DNA of 64,000 nt. It comes from a virus. Its lineage: Duplodnaviria; Caudoviricetes. Made by a program: the position numbers and the translations under genes. The stretch's first letter is position 1, and each line of letters opens with the position of its first letter. The stretch covers positions 1 to 64,000 of IMG/VR virus record IMGVR_UViG_3300029288_004944; one strand, written 5' to 3'. Below the pieces are notes generated by a model. That model worked only from the letters and a program-made list of their open reading frames with translations, was not told where the DNA came from and did no database searches. Shown piece by piece: positions 20,936 to 33,300 of this stretch.

Positions 20936-21844
20936 TTATTGTTTCTTCCCACAATCAGGACAAAACTTATGATGATTATCTATCTTATTTCCACACTCAA
21001 CACAAAACTTCCCATCTTTATTAACTTTTGAAACATTTTTAGATTCATATCCAACAAGTTTCAATGTTAAAATCACAGGATCTTTCTCTGTTCTCATATT
21101 TGTAGTTACAATCTCATTCCTGTACAATTCTTTACCATTTGCTGTTGCACCATTAACCTCATAAGTAATATTTTTACCATCACCATTTGAATATGAAACA
21201 TATCCTGTTGTAAATGAACTTTGATGTTTAGTCTCCGACTCTTTACAATCTGATGATTTGATATCACTATTTGACCATAGTACCATATGACTACTTGAAT
21301 TATCTAATTGTTTATCACTTGAATAATCACACCACACTGTCCCTGGTTTATAATATGGCCTTTCCCAATAAGGATACTCATACCACCAAGGATACTGCCA
21401 TCGTTCAATATAAATTGGAATATATCTGTAATTATCATTTTTAATACTATCCAAATCTTTTTTTAATTGCTCAATATCACTAAATTGTTCTTCGGCTGCT
21501 TTATAAAAACGAACCTCAATTTTTCCATTTTCTAATTCATTTTCTTCTATACCATCCTTATTCTTTCCATTCTTTAATACTTTAACAAATTCCAATGAAT
21601 GCTTACTACCATCTTTTTTTATAAAATGATCTAAATCAAGATGTTGATTCCCTGCTAAAAATATACTACCTTTCTCGTTCACCAATCTTCCATCTACATA
21701 AATATCTGCAACTACAGAAGATCGTAATTTATTTCTAATACGAATTGCATACTCACTACCAAACGGAATTTTTACCTCTCCATTTTCTTCCTTTGCTACA
21801 TTTCCACCTAACAACACCGACAAACAATAATGATTCTTATACAT
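20936..21844 (-). CDS. Conserved-looking phage protein with C-terminal double zinc ribbon
   Basis: IPFGSEYAIRIRN...DIYVDG N-terminal domain; CVECG...KFCPDCG. Confidence 0.8.
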   Translation of the reverse strand: MYKNHYCLSVLLGGNVAKEENGEVKIPFGSEYAIRIRNKLRSSVVADIYVDGRLVNEKGSIFLAGNQHLDLDHFIKKDGSKHSLEFVKVLKNGKNKDGIEENELENGKIEVRFYKAAEEQFSDIEQLKKDLDSIKNDNYRYIPIYIERWQYPWWYEYPYWERPYYKPGTVWCDYSSDKQLDNSSSHMVLWSNSDIKSSDCKESETKHQSSFTTGYVSYSNGDGKNITYEVNGATANGKELYRNEIVTTNMRTEKDPVILTLKLVGYESKNVSKVNKDGKFCVECGNKIDNHHKFCPDCGKKQ

Positions 21845-21943
21845 CTTACCTCCTTTATCTCCTCCGCTTACGGAGACATTTTAATACAACTGCTAAAGCG
21901 GATTTTTTCGAAGTAAAATTTAATTTTCAATTTTAAAAAAATA

Positions 21944-22288
21944 TTATTCTTTTCCCATTTCCGATTCCATTTTTTTACCTGTCACTTCAAGTTCCTGCAA
22001 TAATGTATAATAAGTACGAGGCAATTCATCTAAATGATCCTTTGCAATGCTTTCATAAATATCCTCATTGCTCATTGTAATTTTTCCATCTTTAATGCTT
22101 GCCTTAATTTTTTCAACAGTTGGCAAGTGTTCTTTTTCAATGCCACGACCAATATTTAATTGCTCTTCATTATACTTTTTTTCGCCTTTTTCCTTTTCCA
22201 TTTCAACATTTTCTGTTTCTTCTTCTGATTTTTTCTCTAAAAGCCAACTACGCAAATCATCCTTATAACTTTTTTGATTACCACTCAT
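21944..22288 (-). CDS. DUF5661-like protein
   Basis: GRGIEKEH...IAKDHLDELP..YYTLL pattern. Confidence 0.7.
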   Translation of the reverse strand: MSGNQKSYKDDLRSWLLEKKSEEETENVEMEKEKGEKKYNEEQLNIGRGIEKEHLPTVEKIKASIKDGKITMSNEDIYESIAKDHLDELPRTYYTLLQELEVTGKKMESEMGKE

Positions 22289-22299
22289 ATTTTTACTCC

Positions 22300-23115
22300 C
22301 TAAAAAATGCTTTTCTTGAATTTTGGAATATCATTTATATCTTTTATGAATTCAGATGCTTTATTTATTTCCCTATCCCATTCTTCTTTATCTGCGGTCA
22401 ATAAAAACTCTTCGTTAATCTGAATACTGTTTTTATTAAAAACTTTCCCCGTCTCATCCATATTCCATCCGTGTTGACTTAAATAGTATCTTCTTTCCAT
22501 TTCTTGTTCTTTTTTCTTATTTTCTTCTTCGTAATATTCAGGATTTGCATTAAATCCTTTTTGAGATATTGGTAAGTCCATATCACCATTAACGGTATAT
22601 ACAGTAGAATCTAAATCATAATTTATCGTTGTCTTACTATCCTGACCGCTTGAAATTGTTTCACTTATATTTGTTTTAGGATACACTGCGTCACATTTCT
22701 CATAAATTTTATTTGCAACAGTAAACATTTCATCCATTCTTTCTTTAAGATTTTCTATTATCTCCAATTCTTTTTTAATATTCCCAAGATGCTGCAAAGT
22801 ACCAATTGATGCGTTTTTATTTTCATTCACTAATCCCAATAGACAATCACACTTATCTTTAATCGCTTTGGCAGTATCTACTCCAAAAACATTCAAAGAA
22901 TCAATTTTTTCTTTTATAACATCAATATCTTTTTTAATATTTTCAAGAATATCCTTTTTAGTTTTTTCACTCTGCTCCTTCGAAAAACTTTTGCTCAACG
23001 ATAATCCTAATATAAATAATAATATTACAATAATTGCCATAATACCAACCGCGACCATCAAATGCCAAGCAGGAATGTTGTTTCGAATAATCCAATCAGT
23101 TACAATTTGTATCAT
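22300..23115 (-). CDS. Membrane-anchored coiled-coil protein
   Basis: N-terminal hydrophobic helix LMVAVGIMAIIVILLFILGL followed by heptad-rich sequence. Confidence 0.75.
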   Translation of the reverse strand: MIQIVTDWIIRNNIPAWHLMVAVGIMAIIVILLFILGLSLSKSFSKEQSEKTKKDILENIKKDIDVIKEKIDSLNVFGVDTAKAIKDKCDCLLGLVNENKNASIGTLQHLGNIKKELEIIENLKERMDEMFTVANKIYEKCDAVYPKTNISETISSGQDSKTTINYDLDSTVYTVNGDMDLPISQKGFNANPEYYEEENKKKEQEMERRYYLSQHGWNMDETGKVFNKNSIQINEEFLLTADKEEWDREINKASEFIKDINDIPKFKKSIF

Positions 23116-23507
23116 ATTTCTTTCTCCTTACATCTTTTTTCGTCCGCTTTTTATAATAAAACATACCAAGATCACGATTGCAACAGAATATATTACAATT
23201 TCAGGGGCATTGAAAAAAAATTTAAGCATTGAGATCCCTCCATTGTTCTGCTTCATCTATGACTATATTTTCAATCTAATCTTTTTACTCCTTTTTTGGG
23301 AATATAAATCCAAAATCTTGTCTATTCTTCTTATATCTGCATCACTCCACAATTCTCTTGTTTCATCCAATCCTGCAATATAATCATCCCTTACATATTC
23401 TAAACACTTTTCTATTAACATCTCATCTCTATTCATTCCACACTCCCCTAATAATTAAATCATTTATATTTTTATTATTGCAATTGTGGCATATTCGCCA
23501 TAAATAG

Positions 23508-23554
23508 AATAAAAACCACCTCATAGTGCAAGGGGGGTTACACTATGAAGTGAT
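23508..23554 (-). terminator. Intrinsic terminator
   Basis: 17-bp stem ATCACTTCATAGTGTAA/TTGCACTATGAGGTGGT, C6 loop, then TTTTATT; three G-U pairs form only on the minus strand. Confidence 0.8.
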
Positions 23555-23627
23555 TTAGCCTTGTTTAAGGCCACTGTATTGGTATTAGCAAAATGCCACT
23601 ATAATGTGATTTCTATATGTTTTTTAC

Positions 23628-24584
23628 TTATTTCAATATAAAATCATTTATCAACTGTTTGTAGTTGTCATTCTTTACGTCATGTTCCCATATGACAAGA
23701 CAATCCCATCCGAGATCTCTATACTTAGAGATCCGTTCTTCGGCTGTGTATTGTTTGTGCATACCTTTATTGTTTGGATAACAAATTGGACAATCGTGCC
23801 AATAATCTCCAAAATGTTCAATACACTTCTTTTGGCCATTGATATTTATGAAGTCGGGATTAAGATCTTCAATCCAAAACGATCCGTCACCCGTGTATTT
23901 GTATTCTTTTGGTTTGACTTCTTGCAAATGACTATATATACCCATTTCAGGTTTATTGGGTAATATACTATATTTTCCATCTTTTCGTGCTTGAATTGTT
24001 CCTTGACGAGTTTTTTCAATAGATTCGGGTGTACGATGCTTACCCATCTTATCATGTCCATTTATATACTTACATTCATGTCCCCTTTTACCATATTTAG
24101 AACGTAAGTAACCACAGCCACAGATACAGGGGATTTGAATAGAAAGACATTCATCACAAATAAATTTTTTACCATAAACCAAGGTTCCATCATTGGGTTT
24201 ATGACACGATCTACAGCAAAGACCTATTTTATCATGTCCTTTTATATATTTACGTTCTCTACCTTTTTTATCATATTTAAAGTGTAATTGACCACAGCCA
24301 CATTGACATAAGATTTTAATGGATAAACAAACTGAACAAACTCTATTACTATTGTTTAAGCTATCATAATTACCTTCTCCACAAATAACACAATGCATAC
24401 CACGTTTATCATGATTCATTATATATTTATACTCAGTGCCTTGTTTATCATATTTGAAACGATAATTATCACAACCACAACCACATGGAATTTGAATGGA
24501 TAAACACTCTACACAAACACGATTGGCATCATTTAATGTACCATCATTGGGTTTACCACAAGACTTAACTGCACAATGCCTCAT
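23628..24584 (-). CDS. Homing endonuclease (3 Cys-rich repeats + Vsr/PD-(D/E)xK-type nuclease)
   Basis: NDGTL...CLSIQIPCxCGC repeats; NPDF...EHFGDYWH...LVIWEHD. Confidence 0.8.
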   Translation of the reverse strand: MRHCAVKSCGKPNDGTLNDANRVCVECLSIQIPCGCGCDNYRFKYDKQGTEYKYIMNHDKRGMHCVICGEGNYDSLNNSNRVCSVCLSIKILCQCGCGQLHFKYDKKGRERKYIKGHDKIGLCCRSCHKPNDGTLVYGKKFICDECLSIQIPCICGCGYLRSKYGKRGHECKYINGHDKMGKHRTPESIEKTRQGTIQARKDGKYSILPNKPEMGIYSHLQEVKPKEYKYTGDGSFWIEDLNPDFININGQKKCIEHFGDYWHDCPICYPNNKGMHKQYTAEERISKYRDLGWDCLVIWEHDVKNDNYKQLINDFILK

Positions 24585-24619
24585 ATATTAAAAATCTCCT
24601 CATTTCCATATAAATCTTT

Positions 24620-26596
24620 TTATTTCTCTGTTATACCTTTTCTGTCAGGAGTGGTAGACCAATTACATTTTTGACATTTATCGGAAACAAAACTTGATCC
24701 ACACTGAGGACAGACTGTTACTCTTTCATCATTTTCACTTTCTTTATGATCGTAATCACAATTTTTATGTTCATCCTCTGCTATTTTATTCAACTCTCCA
24801 TTCCTAATCGCTGTTATGACATGAGCAGGATATTTTCTGCTTCCTTCAAGTTTTTCTTTTTCTATCATTTCTTTTTCTTCTTCATATTCTTCTATTATCC
24901 AATCTACATCTTTGATATCCACACGAGCATCATCCCACGCCACACTTTTTATCTCAGCAGATGCATTCTTTTTTTCATCAAACATTTCATGCACTCTTGC
25001 CACGATTTTATCCATTGTAACATTATAGGACATTCCTGACTTAAGTATCTCTCTGACTTTATCATCATCTTTTATCTCATCTCTTGTTATATATAAATAA
25101 ACTTCTGCATCTCCATCTTGTGAGGAAGTCGCTTTTTTATTCAATGAAGATTCTACATATGCTCCGAGTGTATTAATCTCTACAAATTCGGTACCAGGTA
25201 AAGATTCCATTATCTTTTCTTCGTTAGATCTTAAAAAATTAACCGCTTTCTTGTAATAACTATTTTTCCATTTATCATCATATGGCTCTATGTTTATAAC
25301 GGCAGCATTTTCTGACAATAACCTTGTATCCAAAAAACATGAATTTAAAAACTCAAAATTTGTTCCAAGCACATCATTCATATTCGGATTATGACCCGGA
25401 TTTTCTTCTTTCCATTCCTCAACATTAAATGCTTTTTTCTTCAACATCCCTTTTTTAGCCATTGTCTTTCTTACGCCTGCCTTGATCTCAACCAAACTCT
25501 GTCCCGGGAAAAAATTACTTCTTATAATAGTCACAGCCTCATTAATACAATCAACCAAACTCTTATCATTATATCCTGCCAATATTTTCGCGGTATTCAC
25601 AGCCTCATATATATGAGATCCTGTAAATCCTTCCGATAGTCTTATTATCTCATCATTCACGTCAACACCGGAAAACTTGCTATATAACACTTTAATGTGT
25701 GCTTTTGTCGGCAAGCCGATCTCGACCTTACGGTCAAATCTGCAAGGTCTGTTCGCCAATGCTTCATCGAGCATCGAAATCTTGTTCGTGCTGGCCATAA
25801 TAACAATAGGATCATCATATGATCTCATTCCATCAAGGTTTGTCAATAAATCACCCAACAAACCACTGCCATCTATCACCATATTCCTCGATGGAGCCAA
25901 CATATCTATATCCTCAAATGCCAAAACTGTCTTGCCTAAGTATGGCAACAAATTAAACAAATCTCCTGCTCCCATTCTCCTGAATGATTCGGCCGTAACA
26001 TATATCCTACTCACTCCTGCATTTTCCAATTCCGAAAATATAGCCTTACAAACAGAAGTTTTACCTGTGCCCGGAGGGCCGAACATTATCAACCCCCTCT
26101 TATTAACTCCGACTTTAGACAACTTCTGATCGCCCAAAAACGATACAGTATTCATTCTGATATCTTTTTTCGTATTCTCATCCAACACCACATCATCCCA
26201 TGACACCTTGGGGATCTTATGAAACTGCAAGTTGCCGTTCACAGCATACAAACATTTGCCACGGAACTGATTTTCCTTGACCATCCTCTGTTCAAAATCA
26301 GACACCCATTTAAGAGCAAGGGGACGAGTGGGGGAATAACAATTTATATGGAAGCCATTATAGTCCACAAACGACTTCACGACCGTATCAGAGTAAACAG
26401 CCGTGGTGGTGGAGGCGAGGGGGAGGGTCTGGTCAATATCCACCTGTCCATCTTGAAAACCCGCAGCATGATCAAACTCTAAGCCCGATAAAATCTTAGG
26501 CTCGTTTTTCAGCAATGTTTGCGTAAGAATATACTGCGCAATAGGAATCAGAAGTCCATCAAAACACCTCTCAACTTTTACTAAACTATCTACCAT
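24620..26596 (-). CDS. AAA+ ATPase with appended acidic modules
   Basis: GPPGTGKT, AFEDID, STN...LDEALANRPCRFDR second region of homology; C-terminal modules after LKKKA, VESSLNKKA, LNKIA. Confidence 0.88.
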   Translation of the reverse strand: MVDSLVKVERCFDGLLIPIAQYILTQTLLKNEPKILSGLEFDHAAGFQDGQVDIDQTLPLASTTTAVYSDTVVKSFVDYNGFHINCYSPTRPLALKWVSDFEQRMVKENQFRGKCLYAVNGNLQFHKIPKVSWDDVVLDENTKKDIRMNTVSFLGDQKLSKVGVNKRGLIMFGPPGTGKTSVCKAIFSELENAGVSRIYVTAESFRRMGAGDLFNLLPYLGKTVLAFEDIDMLAPSRNMVIDGSGLLGDLLTNLDGMRSYDDPIVIMASTNKISMLDEALANRPCRFDRKVEIGLPTKAHIKVLYSKFSGVDVNDEIIRLSEGFTGSHIYEAVNTAKILAGYNDKSLVDCINEAVTIIRSNFFPGQSLVEIKAGVRKTMAKKGMLKKKAFNVEEWKEENPGHNPNMNDVLGTNFEFLNSCFLDTRLLSENAAVINIEPYDDKWKNSYYKKAVNFLRSNEEKIMESLPGTEFVEINTLGAYVESSLNKKATSSQDGDAEVYLYITRDEIKDDDKVREILKSGMSYNVTMDKIVARVHEMFDEKKNASAEIKSVAWDDARVDIKDVDWIIEEYEEEKEMIEKEKLEGSRKYPAHVITAIRNGELNKIAEDEHKNCDYDHKESENDERVTVCPQCGSSFVSDKCQKCNWSTTPDRKGITEK

Positions 26597-27257
26597 TTTT
26601 TTTCTCCTCTATACATACTTTATTTAATTTCAACTCTTTGTGTTTCTTCTTGTGGCACTTTTCACAAAGTGTTATTCCATTGTTTAAATCCCACAAAGGT
26701 TTATACATCATTGCTTCTGTATATAAATCAGATAATGGAAAATATTCTTTAATTTCTTCCATGAGAGCAGAAAAATATTTCTTATGGTGATGGGCATTTA
26801 CTCTTTTATCTTTATCCTGACACCTTTGACATGTATACCCATCTCTTTCGAAAACATCCTGTCTCCATTGTTTATATTTAAAAGATTTTCTTATCCTATC
26901 CATGATGGGAGTTATCCCTCCTTTATAATTTCCACTCTTTGGTCCAATCTTGCCTGCACGAGATCTTGACATTTTTTGTCTTGCTTCTTTTGTGCGCTGT
27001 TTACCAAACCAAAAACCTTTTTCGCCTTTATGTGATTCTGAATTTTTTTTATTAGATTCTTCTGATGGATGTTTATCACGTTTATTATGATTCTTTATAT
27101 ACTTATGTTCATACCCCCATTTATCATATTTTGAACGCAATTGATTACATCCACAGGTACACGGTATTTTAATGGATAGACAAAAATCACAAACACATTT
27201 CTTACCCCAAACTAATGTTCCATCATTTTCCCTACCACAAACTTTACAATGCATCAT
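26586..27257 (-). CDS. HNH homing endonuclease (Cys repeat + NUMOD3 + HNH)
   Basis: MMHCKVC..NDGTL; RDGYTCQRC...NAHH...NNGITLCEKCH. Confidence 0.85.
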   Translation of the reverse strand: MMHCKVCGRENDGTLVWGKKCVCDFCLSIKIPCTCGCNQLRSKYDKWGYEHKYIKNHNKRDKHPSEESNKKNSESHKGEKGFWFGKQRTKEARQKMSRSRAGKIGPKSGNYKGGITPIMDRIRKSFKYKQWRQDVFERDGYTCQRCQDKDKRVNAHHHKKYFSALMEEIKEYFPLSDLYTEAMMYKPLWDLNNGITLCEKCHKKKHKELKLNKVCIEEKKNGR

Positions 27258-27285
27258 ATAAACATTCTCCTCATTTTATATATAC

Positions 27286-27327
27286 ATTATAACACATATA
27301 TTGTTATTTGTCAAAAAAACGACAAAT
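27286..27327 (-). promoter_or_regulatory. Sigma70-type promoter P2 with the same inverted repeat as P1
   Basis: TTGACA (27314-27309), 17 bp spacer, TATAAT (27291-27286); shares atttgtcaaaaaaacgacaaattttt with P1. Confidence 0.85.
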
Positions 27328-27329
27328 TT

Positions 27330-30300
27330 TTATTTTCTCTTGTTTGCTTCCATAATCATTATTTCATGAATCTGAGGCATTATCGGTTCAATCCATTCTT
27401 TCTTTTCTTCTTCCGTTAATTCCTCTAAACTCTTATTCGGCATCTTTAAATAAATATTACCCTCATTAATGTCTACATCTTCGCCTTTTTCCTCTTTATA
27501 AAATGTCACTCTCCAATCCTCAAAAACAAAAGTTTTCCAACCATCCTTAGTTTCAAACTCTTTTATAATCTCAGGCAATGGAACTGTTACTTCATTTTTA
27601 TATGCTCTCTTTTCCATAAATTCTTTTAAATCAGAATCCCTATAATATCCTTCCTCCTGTATTCTTGTACGACTCAAACCTTTAGATGTGGGCGATGTCC
27701 TACTAAGCAATAATTCGTGATCCAATGCTTCGACATTTTGTTCTGCCTGCCACTCTTTAATAATTTTATTTGCTTCATTTTCACTAACATTAAATTTTGA
27801 CACAAGAGCAGAAACAACAGTATCAATAGACTGCCCATCCTGTGAATCTATAAAATCAAACATTACTTTATCTTTTTTTATAACATCAATATGTAATTCA
27901 AGTCCTTTTATTGCATTCTTTAATACCTTAATTTCTTTGTCCTTTTCAAAATCAGAATATCTTTTATCTTTACCTAACTCTATTTTTTTTAATTTTTGTT
28001 TAAGTCTATCCAATTCTCTATCACTTTCTATAAGTTCATCCTCTTTACTATATTCATTGGATTTCTTTTTTAAATTACTTTCAATATTATCTTCCACACG
28101 TACTATATCTTTTGGCACATCATACCCTTTTCTTTCTAAGTCTTTTTTCATCAGATCATATGCCCAAGCCTCTACACCATGCTCACTTTCCTGCCATTCT
28201 CTCATTTTTGCAATTAGTCCTTCCGGCGTTAAGAAATAATTCTCTACGGACACTAATCCTTCTGATACATTATCAGAATTGGCAAACCCAACATCTTCAA
28301 AATAAGTATCGGGATATTCTTGATCTGCCTTATGTTTTATTTTTTTTAAATTAGACTCTCGTGTATAATATTTCTTTACAGCAGGAATTTCATTTACTGC
28401 TATAAGCCACTCGTTATCTTCCTCAAACGAATACCATCCTTCCTCTCCATATTTCCACTCTTTCTTTGTTTCTTCCGTCAATAACTTATCTCCAATTTCT
28501 TTTTTAACCATGATCCCACCATGACTTGCTGTAAACACTTTATAAATACCATCATCAATTTTTATACATTGTTGAACTTTACCCCACATAGAATCAGTCG
28601 GCTCTCCTGAAATATCCACATCATAATTAGCAGTTTTTTCTCCATTGCCTTTGTAGTATTTCTTAACTGTTTCCGGCTTCCATATCAATGTTTCTGAATT
28701 TGAATCATATATGGAAAATCCGTTATCTACCAATTTCTTTAAATTTTCCTCTAAATTCTTTCCCATCACAACACCTGTATCAAATGTAATTTTATCCATT
28801 ATATCTTTATACCACTTATTTTTTAGATCTTCGGGATCCATCCCCTTTTCCTCAGGATCATCAATCATACCAGGATCATATGCATTTTCCCACCATATAG
28901 CATAATCAACATTCTCAAGCATATTATCATTAGGTTCTTCGTCAAATTCATGACCTACTGCCTTTATTTTCAATGATGCTTTTTTATCTGAATACTCATA
29001 TTCCTTAAAATGTCTTAAATCTTTTTCATCAATAAGAAATCTATGTTTATCAGATGGCTGAAATTCAACGGGTTTAGATCCTTTTTCAATACCAACACTT
29101 AAATTTTCAGCAATTAAAATTTCATTTTCTTTTTGCCCATCAACTCTATCATAGTCTATTACATCATAATAACCACCCTCTAATTCAATCCCATCCTCAG
29201 ACTCAATATGATTCCATCTTATAGGAATAGCCACAACGGTAGCATAAGGCGATAAATAAATTGTTTCTCCCTCATCAGAAGCATTAACTTTTAATGATGC
29301 CTCACTTCTTTTTCCCTCAACGTAATACATTATATCATCCTGTATTATTTTACTTGATTTGCCCCTTGGCTTTAAATTATGCACATCTTCCATAACTTCC
29401 TCAATGGTTCCTTGAAAACCTTTATCAGATTCCATTTCTGATTGGCCTACATCCACTACAATTTGGTCTTTATACGCTTCACTTGTATACCATGGAATTG
29501 CCTTATCCAATTCAACATATCCTATTGGATATTCGCCGTATTTTTCTTTATATTCTTTATAGAACGCAAGACTAAATTTCCAAGCCAAAGATTTTATTCC
29601 GTTCCTAAATTCTCTTTCATTTTTAGCAAGATCTCTTATTTGTGCAATAGCCTCTTGCACAGTTCCAATATCTCCTCTTCCAAAACCTTCTGCATTGACT
29701 TTTAATTTTGAATTTAAATTTAGATCATCAGCAATATCTTTCCACTTTATTTTACCATCCTCTATATCGCCAATCCTCTTTACTATACCCCATTCATTAC
29801 CCATCCACTTTGATGACCACACTTGCTGTCTCATATCTGTAAAAATTAAATATGTATTACCTACTATCTCTTTTATAGTATAATCTCTAATATCATATTT
29901 CTCTTTCATTTTAACAACAGCATCTTCTTGTTCTTGTGTTAAAGATGCTTTTTTATTTAAAGGTTTAATATATCCAATTTCCATTCCATGTGAAAACCAC
30001 ACTTCTTTTCCACCCGAAAACTCTACCTTAAAAGAATTGCCATCAATCTCCCCTACCACGCCCTCTGCTCCTTTGGGAATGTCAACCTCTTTACCTCTAT
30101 CATCTGCTTCCTCGATATGTTTAATAGATATTACTTTATCGCCCACCTTGTATGTATAATAGGCCTTTTTATAATGTTTACCATACCATTCAGACAAATC
30201 ACACATTCCTTGCCCACTAATCACTCTCATTTGTTTTTCTCCTGGATCCCTAATAAAATCTATATCACATTTAGGGCAATTCCATGCATACAATTCATCT

Positions 30301-33300
30301 TCGGGATAAAACACAGGTTCTGCTTTTGCTCCACAATCACATTTAACTTTTTGTGTTCTTGAAATTTCTTGCAATTTTTCTTCTATTTGTTGTGGTGTCA
30401 TTTTAGATCTTGCTTCTTTTAATATAGGTCTTTCAAATTCTATGACATCAGGACTATGAGAAACTATTCTCCAACCATCTGCTTTAAGTTTTTCCGCTTC
30501 TTTTATTCCTCTCTCTGTTCTTAAGTCTACCCTTTTATATTCATATTTCGATGCCACTTTATGGGATACAACTTTTTCAATATCCCCTTCCCCCAAATCA
30601 AATGTCATATCATCAGGCTCTATCTGTACCACATAAATCTTTTCTCCCATTAAACCATACGCCCCGACCAATGTAACAACATCCCCTTTATGTAAACCCG
30701 AACTTGCAAATTCATCTGTCAATACCCTTACAGAATCACCCTCTTTATATTCATCCTGATCTGCTGTTTTTAAATTACGACTACTGCCGGCATTTTTAAT
30801 GCTACCCTCTGTCTCAAAATCAAAGGTATCCATATATCCTGAATCCACTGCCCATACACGAAGTTCATCACTCATTTGAGATGAATCTCCATCCACATTG
30901 TTTACAAGGAATTTAAGAGCATCTTCCTGTGTGGCTCCTTCGTTCTCCATATATTTATCATACCACATTTTTTCCATATGATCCAATTGATTTATATCTA
31001 TGTTTACTTTTTTCAATGCTGTCTTTAATGATCCCTCTATTCTACTATATGATGGGCTTAAAACACTGTACCCCATATCACTTGCTAAACCTAAAAATTT
31101 ATCATACTCATTTTCAGGAAATGAAAAATGTGTAGCCAATTCAGTTGTCAAACCCATTTGCTGTCTAAGTTTAATTATATCTGTTTCATTAGGATAACTG
31201 ATTATTGTATACAAACCATCTTTCAGGTCTATTTCTATATCACCTTTAGGCGACATAAAATCCTTTATTTGACATATATCTTCTTGAGGGGAAATTTCCT
31301 TGTCTGCCATCTTTAATGAAGCATTTTTTATTTTCATTTTTTCTTTCTTATATGCTTCAGATTCTCCATACTCAGGATTGTCTATATCTACGGGACCACT
31401 AATATATACGGGTTTGCCCATAAAAGATTGTTCTTCAAAATACTTTACTGCATCTTCGTATTTATCGGTATCAAATCTTTTAGCATTCTGATACTTAATA
31501 GCATCTTGTTCTTCATCGTATACACCTTCTTCAACTACCCAATACATATTATTTTTCCCAAGATCTTTTTTATCCACATCAAATTTTTCTCCGCATTTCG
31601 TGCAGATCTTTTTATCATAAACAGTGGATGTTTCATTTTCAGTACCGCATTTTGGACACGCGACTTTTATTTTTTTTGCTGACACTTTCTTATATACCTT
31701 AAGTTTTTTTATCATAAGAACTGCTTTAACCCTTTCAATATCCAAATCTTTACCCTTATAACTATCCATGGCATTCAACTCCGCTAATTCCGCTTCCAAT
31801 TCATCAATAGATAATTTCTCTATATCTTCAAATCTCAGTGATGCTTCTTTAAAATCTCTACGTTCTTTGTATTTTTCATATCTTTCTTTTGGCGATAAAG
31901 AATCATCTTCTTGACATCTTTTACATTTATCATCAAAATGTTCACCATCTTCTTTGGTAAATTTTTTTCCGCATATAATACAATTTTGTTTAGATACTAT
32001 ATTCAAAGATGCTTCAATATCTTCAGGAGATTCTTTAGGCGTCTTATCTCCGGCTACGCTTCTGTATTTCTCGTTAAACCTATATTTGACAAATGCATTA
32101 TAAACATCTTTCAGACTTCCGACTTCCAATCTATCTCCACCGGCCCACAATTCTTGTTGACCGTAGGCTCCGCCCAACTCAAAATTCGTCCCATACTCTT
32201 TATTATTTTGTTCAATCAATTCTCTTAATTCAGAAATAGATATTTGCTTTGATACTCTTTCAAAACTCGGCGAAAAACTAACGGCGACAGCCTGCCTTGC
32301 AGGGAGATCAGGATTCAACCGTGTGGGAAGAGGGGGGGAGGGGGGGGAGAAAATTACTTTCTTTCCCACCACTACAACCGATATCTTCTTTAATTCTGAT
32401 ATAGGAGCAATATCAACCTCATATAATGAATGTTCATCTCCATCGTAATTATCATATATATAATTAATAGTTGCTCTTTCTGTTTCACTATTTATAAATT
32501 CAACCTTACCAGCTCTACCATTATACTCTACCTTATCGCCGGGCCCAATATCATAAGCCTGCTTCTTTACCCCTACTTTCCCACTATTTACTCCCACAGC
32601 CACCTGCCTCTGCCTTGGAGACCTTTCTACCCTTTGTCTCATAGGCTCTGTTCTCCCACGCCCAAACTCTGTTCTTTTAGCCACCTCTATCATTCTACCA
32701 ATGTCTTCTACTGACATTGAAGGAAACTTAAATCCTATTGTACTCTCAATTTCAGATTTGTCCATACCATCTTTGATATATTGTATAATCTCTCTAATAA
32801 CAGGTATCTCGGCTTTTCTCTTTAATCTCGCCATAGCAGGAACAAGTCTACGATCATTATCCAAATTCATTATTCTATTCCTTTCAGCCATCTCATTTAT
32901 CATAACCATTTGTTCTTCGGCTGTTGATAGACACTTCATACATTTCCCATTCATATCATGAATAGTATCCCTATCACAATTAGGACAATACTCAATATCA
33001 AGATCTTCCATAGATTCAAACTTTTCAACACCCACAGTTTTTTTCATATTAAATTTAAAATTCTCTTCTATTTCTAAAAATTCTCCATCCTCTCCCTTGT
33101 TGTAGATATCCGATAATTCAGATATTCCATACATATCTTTCTGAGAATCTTTTTTTTCTAACCATATGGTTCCTGGAGCAAATCCTTCTGTCTCTCCATA
33201 TTCTTTACCCCATGGCTCCATAAAATAATCACCATAACTCATTCTATTCACAGAATATTTTTTTCCATCCATTTCTAATGGATTCCCATTACCCCATAAT

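Noticed and set aside
23481-23510. Fluoride riboswitch (TTCGCCATAAA)
   Set aside because: Lacks the GGCGATGG 5' strand and the downstream CTGATG element, and lies on the non-coding strand
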